A stretch of 64,000 nt of DNA. Origin: a virus. This document shows, one piece after another, positions 60,219 to 64,000 of this stretch. The position numbers and the translations under genes are program-made. Each line of letters starts with the position of its first letter. Positions within the stretch are counted from its first letter, which is position 1. The notes beneath the pieces were generated by a model. It did no database searches. It was not told the origin of the DNA and saw only the letters and a program-made list of their open reading frames with translations. The DNA is taken from IMG/VR virus record IMGVR_UViG_3300045988_149331, positions 36,686-100,685 of that record. One strand, given 5' to 3'.

Positions 60219-61235
60219 CTATTTCTTAGCGGCTTTAGCTTTCTTGGCTGCGGCGGCTTTAGCCAGCGCGGCGCGAGCAGCGGCCTTGGGATCGGCCTTC
60301 GGTTCCTCGGCCTTGGGAGCGGGGGCTTCCTTCTTGGCGGTAGCCTTCAGATCGGCTTCCATCTTCTCGCGATTCTTGCCAAGACGGCTGTCGGTAGTCG
60401 AGACGGCGGCCTTGATGTCGGGGAGGTAGGTCTGAACGATTTCCATCGCATGTTCCCACGTGATGCCCTTGAGCCACGGCAGAGCGTTCCACGTCATTTC
60501 GAAATCGACACCGTCGTCGGCGAGTTTGTCCTGAGCAGCCTGACTGCGGAACGTGTTCAGAACGACGTTGGTCGTGGCGAAATTGCCGTCCTTCGAGTAC
60601 ACGTTCTCGAACATGATGGCCACGGGTTTCGAGTTGGCGCCGCCGTACTTGATCGAGATACCCTGCGACACGGCCACGTACTGGAACTCCTTCTCGGGGA
60701 AGAACTTGACCAGAGCCTTGCGGAGCAGGTCCATGTGCTCCGGAACGGTCTGCGGCTTCAAGCGAGTACCGCGTTCGCTGTTACGAGGCTTCTTGGCCTT
60801 GGCGGGCTTGATCTCCTTGGCGCCTTTAGCGGGCTTGGGTTCCTTCGGTTCCTTGGGTGCGGCTTTGGGGGCAGCGGCTTTCTTCTTCGGCGCAGGGGCC
60901 GGAGCCTCTTCTTCAGGCTCGGCCTCCGGTTCCGGCTCCTCTTCAGGCTCGGGTTCTGCCTCAGCCTCCTCTTCGGCGGCCTCATCGGCGAGTTCATCGG
61001 CCTGCTGTTCAGCCGGAGTGGCTTCTGCCTCGGGGGCGGCAGCCTCCTCGCCTTCCAGTTCGGCGAACGAACCGACGATGTCGATCAGGTTATCGATGGT
61101 TTCGTCGTCCATCCCCGGGATGCCGGCGTCTTCGAGCCGCTTGAGGAGAATCTCCTTGGCGGCCTCTTCGGTCTTTGCCTCGATGCCAAGTTTCTTCAAG
61201 CGCTCGGCGTTTACTTTCGAAATTTTAGTTGCCAT
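60219..61235 (-). CDS. hypothetical protein with acidic E/P/A and basic K/A low-complexity regions
   Basis: 338-aa ORF; AEPEPEEEPEPEAEPEEE linker, C-terminal AAAAKKAKAAKK. Confidence 0.5.
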   Translation of the reverse strand: MATKISKVNAERLKKLGIEAKTEEAAKEILLKRLEDAGIPGMDDETIDNLIDIVGSFAELEGEEAAAPEAEATPAEQQADELADEAAEEEAEAEPEPEEEPEPEAEPEEEAPAPAPKKKAAAPKAAPKEPKEPKPAKGAKEIKPAKAKKPRNSERGTRLKPQTVPEHMDLLRKALVKFFPEKEFQYVAVSQGISIKYGGANSKPVAIMFENVYSKDGNFATTNVVLNTFRSQAAQDKLADDGVDFEMTWNALPWLKGITWEHAMEIVQTYLPDIKAAVSTTDSRLGKNREKMEADLKATAKKEAPAPKAEEPKADPKAAARAALAKAAAAKKAKAAKK

Positions 61236-61276
61236 AGTTTTGTACGGTTTAATGAAACAATTGTTATTTGATTGAA

Positions 61277-61909
61277 TTATTCGTCATTCAAACGATAATA
61301 GTCGTATCGCGTTGGCGTATAATATAACGCTGACTTGTAATTGGCCAACAAATACGCCTGCTGGTCGGCGATAATTTTATCAACCAACGACAATGCGTCG
61401 TTGAAAAGCATGTTTTGGTCATACCCTTCAGCAGCGGCGCGCGGCGAACGTAGCAATTGAGCCATCATCCGGCGATTGCGTCCTCGGATATGAAGCGAGA
61501 ATATCATCCGCTTCATGCCTGTTAGGTTCCGTAATACGTCAACGCCGTTAACCACAAAGTGGTTAGTTTCGGGTTCGACTTGAACGGTGTCTTCGATACC
61601 GCAATCGTAGTTGGTTTGGTCGATACGGAGTTTGTGGTTTTCCTTTTTGATGGCCCTCATCAAGTCGGTGCACTTATTCGAACAAGCGCATTCAACGTAG
61701 TAGCGCAACGGCACCGGACGCGCCGCTTCACCGCGTCGGTACGCCAACCATCGGCGACCATAGGCTTTTATGGAGGTGAATATTTTTAGGCGAAATTCCT
61801 GGAGCAGATCTTCACGCTCCAACGATATTTCCTCGTACGAATAGAGTTTGTTGGCGTATTTTACAGCCAGGTACTCTAATTCCTTGTAGGCTTTTTCCGA
61901 TGGTTTCAT
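61277..61909 (-). CDS. sigma-70-family-like (ECF-sized) transcription factor
   Basis: Region-2-like REDLLQEFRLKIFTSIKAY...YYVECACSNKCTDLMRAIKK; region-4-like LTGMKRMIFSLHIRGRNRRMMAQLL. Confidence 0.45.
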   Translation of the reverse strand: MKPSEKAYKELEYLAVKYANKLYSYEEISLEREDLLQEFRLKIFTSIKAYGRRWLAYRRGEAARPVPLRYYVECACSNKCTDLMRAIKKENHKLRIDQTNYDCGIEDTVQVEPETNHFVVNGVDVLRNLTGMKRMIFSLHIRGRNRRMMAQLLRSPRAAAEGYDQNMLFNDALSLVDKIIADQQAYLLANYKSALYYTPTRYDYYRLNDE

Positions 61910-61957
61910 GCCAATTGAGTTTTACGATTCAGATGTCGTTTTCATACATCCACAGCA

Positions 61958-61988
61958 CGAAGGTAGGTGAAATTTTCCAATCGACAAA
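61958..61988 (-). promoter_or_regulatory. Bacteroidota-type promoter, repeat copy F
   Basis: Minus: TTTG(61988-61985) N19 TACCTTCG(61965-61958), 48 nt before ATG 61909. Confidence 0.5.
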
Positions 61989-62016
61989 GAACTTTCAACA
62001 AAATGTTGAAAATTTT

Positions 62017-62448
62017 TTACAACACCCGTATCACTTCGGCTTTCGAGACATTGTTGGCATAAACCTGAGTCCGCTCGTTGTAGAGCGTTAAATACTCCCC
62101 ATTAACGGCATCAAGTTTCCAAACCTCACCGCGATACGCAAAATCGCTGTTAATGGAATAATAGTTTGCCTTGTCCTTGGGGGTAGCGAGAAAATTCGGC
62201 CGCCCTATCGCGTCGAACAATTCAGCGCGCACAGCCTGCATTTTATCGGTCGATGTGAAGATAGAAAGCAACTTATTACGGTTGGCGATGTCTTCGATCT
62301 TCTCGCGCTTAAAACGCATCACTTTTTCGTAGTAACGCTTGTCTTTAGGAGAGAAATATATTTTGCGCTTGAATTCAGCGATGATATATTCCCGTTGAAT
62401 GACATGGAAATACTCAGCCACTGAAAGACTGCGTGAGTTGTCGTTCAT
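62017..62448 (-). CDS. hypothetical protein
   Basis: 143-aa co-directional ORF. Confidence 0.5.
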   Translation of the reverse strand: MNDNSRSLSVAEYFHVIQREYIIAEFKRKIYFSPKDKRYYEKVMRFKREKIEDIANRNKLLSIFTSTDKMQAVRAELFDAIGRPNFLATPKDKANYYSINSDFAYRGEVWKLDAVNGEYLTLYNERTQVYANNVSKAEVIRVL

Positions 62449-62452
62449 GATA

Positions 62453-63412
62453 CTACCTTTTTAGTTTTCCAATTACATTCCAAGCAAAATCACGTGGGCG
62501 CTGGAGGCGTTCAAACACGGCTATGGTTTCAGCCTCATTACACTCATCAATATCCTTCTTGGTCGTGAAAACTATATTTGTAGCAAAGTACTTGTCTAAC
62601 TCAAATGCGTACTTTTTGATCTCCTTGATGGCGTCAAAGTCGTATAACAAAACTACTGAACGGACCCCCCGATGCTGAAGCATGGCGCGTTGGTAGTCGC
62701 TTATTTTCTTACCAAATGTGGCGCAGCACTTAACGTCGTCACACTCGTCCAGCCGCAGCCGCCGATCGACGGCAATTTTATCGAATACCCCCTCAACCAA
62801 TATGACCGTAGCACCAGGTGTGGTTATATCGTCATAGCCGTACAGCATTTTGGCGAAGTCGGCTCCAGTATCATTACGCCAACGCAACGCACCATCGGGA
62901 ACATTCTTAGAGGCATACCGCCCCTGAAAAGCAGTTATGACACCGTCGGTAGTAACAGGGATGAGTATATAATCGGCGAACTTACGCATTAACGTAGTTC
63001 GCCCCAATCCATATCGTTTCATGACTGCTGGAGTAAGGCCACGGGTGTTTTCGAGGTAGTCGTCATGACGGCATACCCGATACCCCACAGGCATCTTACG
63101 CGGCGGCAGCGGTTCAAGCGTTATGTCTTCTGCAACGTCGGCTTTCAAATCACGTATTTTGGTGATAACGTCGCGCTCTTCAACTGTGGCTCCTTCCAGC
63201 AAATATAGCTTATCAAGGTGTGAAAGCAGTTTGTACACGCCGCCTTCTTCCCAGCATTTCTTGCACTGAAACTGAAGAGTTGTGGGGTTGACGTAAAAAT
63301 GGCGTTCTTTGCCGCAAAAGACACACGTGGTTATGTACTCATCGCGCCGTGAGTTAAACCGCCCGTTGGCTCCGAGCAGTTCACGAATATCTATACCCCA
63401 TTTATTCGTCAT
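62453..63412 (-). CDS. DnaG-like primase (zinc finger plus TOPRIM)
   Basis: CVFCGKERHFYVNP..FQCKKC zinc ribbon; TOPRIM ILVEGVFDKIAV and VVLLYDFDA. Confidence 0.7.
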   Translation of the reverse strand: MTNKWGIDIRELLGANGRFNSRRDEYITTCVFCGKERHFYVNPTTLQFQCKKCWEEGGVYKLLSHLDKLYLLEGATVEERDVITKIRDLKADVAEDITLEPLPPRKMPVGYRVCRHDDYLENTRGLTPAVMKRYGLGRTTLMRKFADYILIPVTTDGVITAFQGRYASKNVPDGALRWRNDTGADFAKMLYGYDDITTPGATVILVEGVFDKIAVDRRLRLDECDDVKCCATFGKKISDYQRAMLQHRGVRSVVLLYDFDAIKEIKKYAFELDKYFATNIVFTTKKDIDECNEAETIAVFERLQRPRDFAWNVIGKLKR

Positions 63413-64000
63413 CGTCCGTCGAATGCCGCCCGCGTTTGGTCTTAGTTGCGCGCTGTTCCTCTGCTATTTCCTCCCAAGGCATTTCCAACGTGCGCTTGCG
63501 GTCATAGAAACGCGAGTAAGTCATGTTGTTACAGATGTGAATAATATCTCCAGCCTTGTGCTCACGAGCCTTATCCAGGTACAAGCGCATGATCTCTTCC
63601 TTGCGTTCGTCAGACGTAAAGTTCATCGTCACAAAACCATCCATTGGGTTCACCTTGCCTTTAGCCTCAGAGAGGTTGTAACGAGTGATAACGAAGTCGG
63701 GGTCGTTTTGTAATTCAGGAGGTATGCCATTAGCCTGTGTAGCGACATGGACCACGGCGTTGTATTCCATAGCCAACATCTTGGCCTGCTGAGCCAGTTT
63801 CATCTGACGAAAGCGCTCTTCAGCCATCGAGTAGCTATGACCGTCGCCCAACTCAGCCAGTTCCAAGTAGTCCCAAAGGATCATATCCACCTTGCCGTAG
63901 GCGCGTTCAATATCCTGCATTTCTTGACGCATCTGCGCAACAGTCATACCGCCAAAGTTCTCGACCGCTACCACTATGATATCGGTCTTGCCGAGTTTGG
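63402..64000 (-). CDS. DnaB-like replicative helicase, C-terminal part (5' end beyond window)
   Basis: Frame stays open to position 64000 upstream of the listed GTG (…KLGKTDIIVVAVENF…); LAQQAKMLAMEYNAVVHVATQANG resembles DnaB motif H3/H4. Confidence 0.55.
   Translation of the reverse strand, partial: KLGKTDIIVVAVENFGGMTVAQMRQEMQDIERAYGKVDMILWDYLELAELGDGHSYSMAEERFRQMKLAQQAKMLAMEYNAVVHVATQANGIPPELQNDPDFVITRYNLSEAKGKVNPMDGFVTMNFTSDERKEEIMRLYLDKAREHKAGDIIHICNNMTYSRFYDRKRTLEMPWEEIAEEQRATKTKRGRHSTDDDE

Noticed and set aside
9941-62020. CRISPR array or other regularly spaced repeat array formed by the repeated intergenic elements.
   Set aside because: The copies are 10-25 kb apart, sit upstream of genes and have promoter architecture. 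There is no repeat-spacer periodicity anywhere in the window.
1-64000. Integrase, excisionase, repressor or att sites indicating a temperate element.
   Set aside because: No tyrosine or serine recombinase motifs or CI-like repressor were recognised in any ORF. The window looks like a lytic-type genome segment, though only part of the genome is visible.

Overview
This window looks like 64 kb of a tailed dsDNA phage genome. About 85 genes sit on the minus strand, tightly packed with frequent ATGA/TAATG start-stop overlaps. The plus-strand ORFs in the supplied track appear to be antisense shadows. Most start codons lack a Shine-Dalgarno sequence, and five repeated TTG/TTTG-N19-20-TAnnTT(T/C)G promoters point to a Bacteroidota host.

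Modules in coordinate order:
- 1-11.6 kb: a block of effector or virion-internal-like proteins (kinase-like plus PARP-like protein, AAA+ ATPase, MuF-like protein, C3-type ADP-ribosyltransferase). It also carries an embedded radical-SAM/SPASM, PIG-L-like and GT-A-like operon and a putative lysis cassette.
- 11.6-15.3 kb: tail-fibre-like protein and portal.
- 15.6-22 kb: an aGPT-pyrophosphorylase-like gene, FEN, a ferritin-like protein, dUTPase and a second GT-A-like gene.
- 22-24.8 kb: terL carrying a LAGLIDADG intein.
- 26-27.6 kb: epsilon-like exonuclease, tRNA-Gln and HU.
- 27.6-42 kb: small genes of unknown function.
- 42-64 kb: the replication and recombination module. It contains a UvrD-like helicase, two sigma-like factors, RuvC, Rad50/Mre11, a RecA-like protein and two GIY-YIG endonucleases. 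It also contains a YfbR-like HD hydrolase, a Pol III alpha (DnaE) gene that is both split and intein-bearing, a divergent ThyA-like enzyme, a primase and a DnaB-like helicase.

The most interesting signal is a scattered gene set consistent with DNA base hypermodification or glycosylation. Next is the density of self-splicing and homing elements, followed by shared N-terminal modules on the putative effectors.

All family calls come from motifs read by eye. No database search was run.
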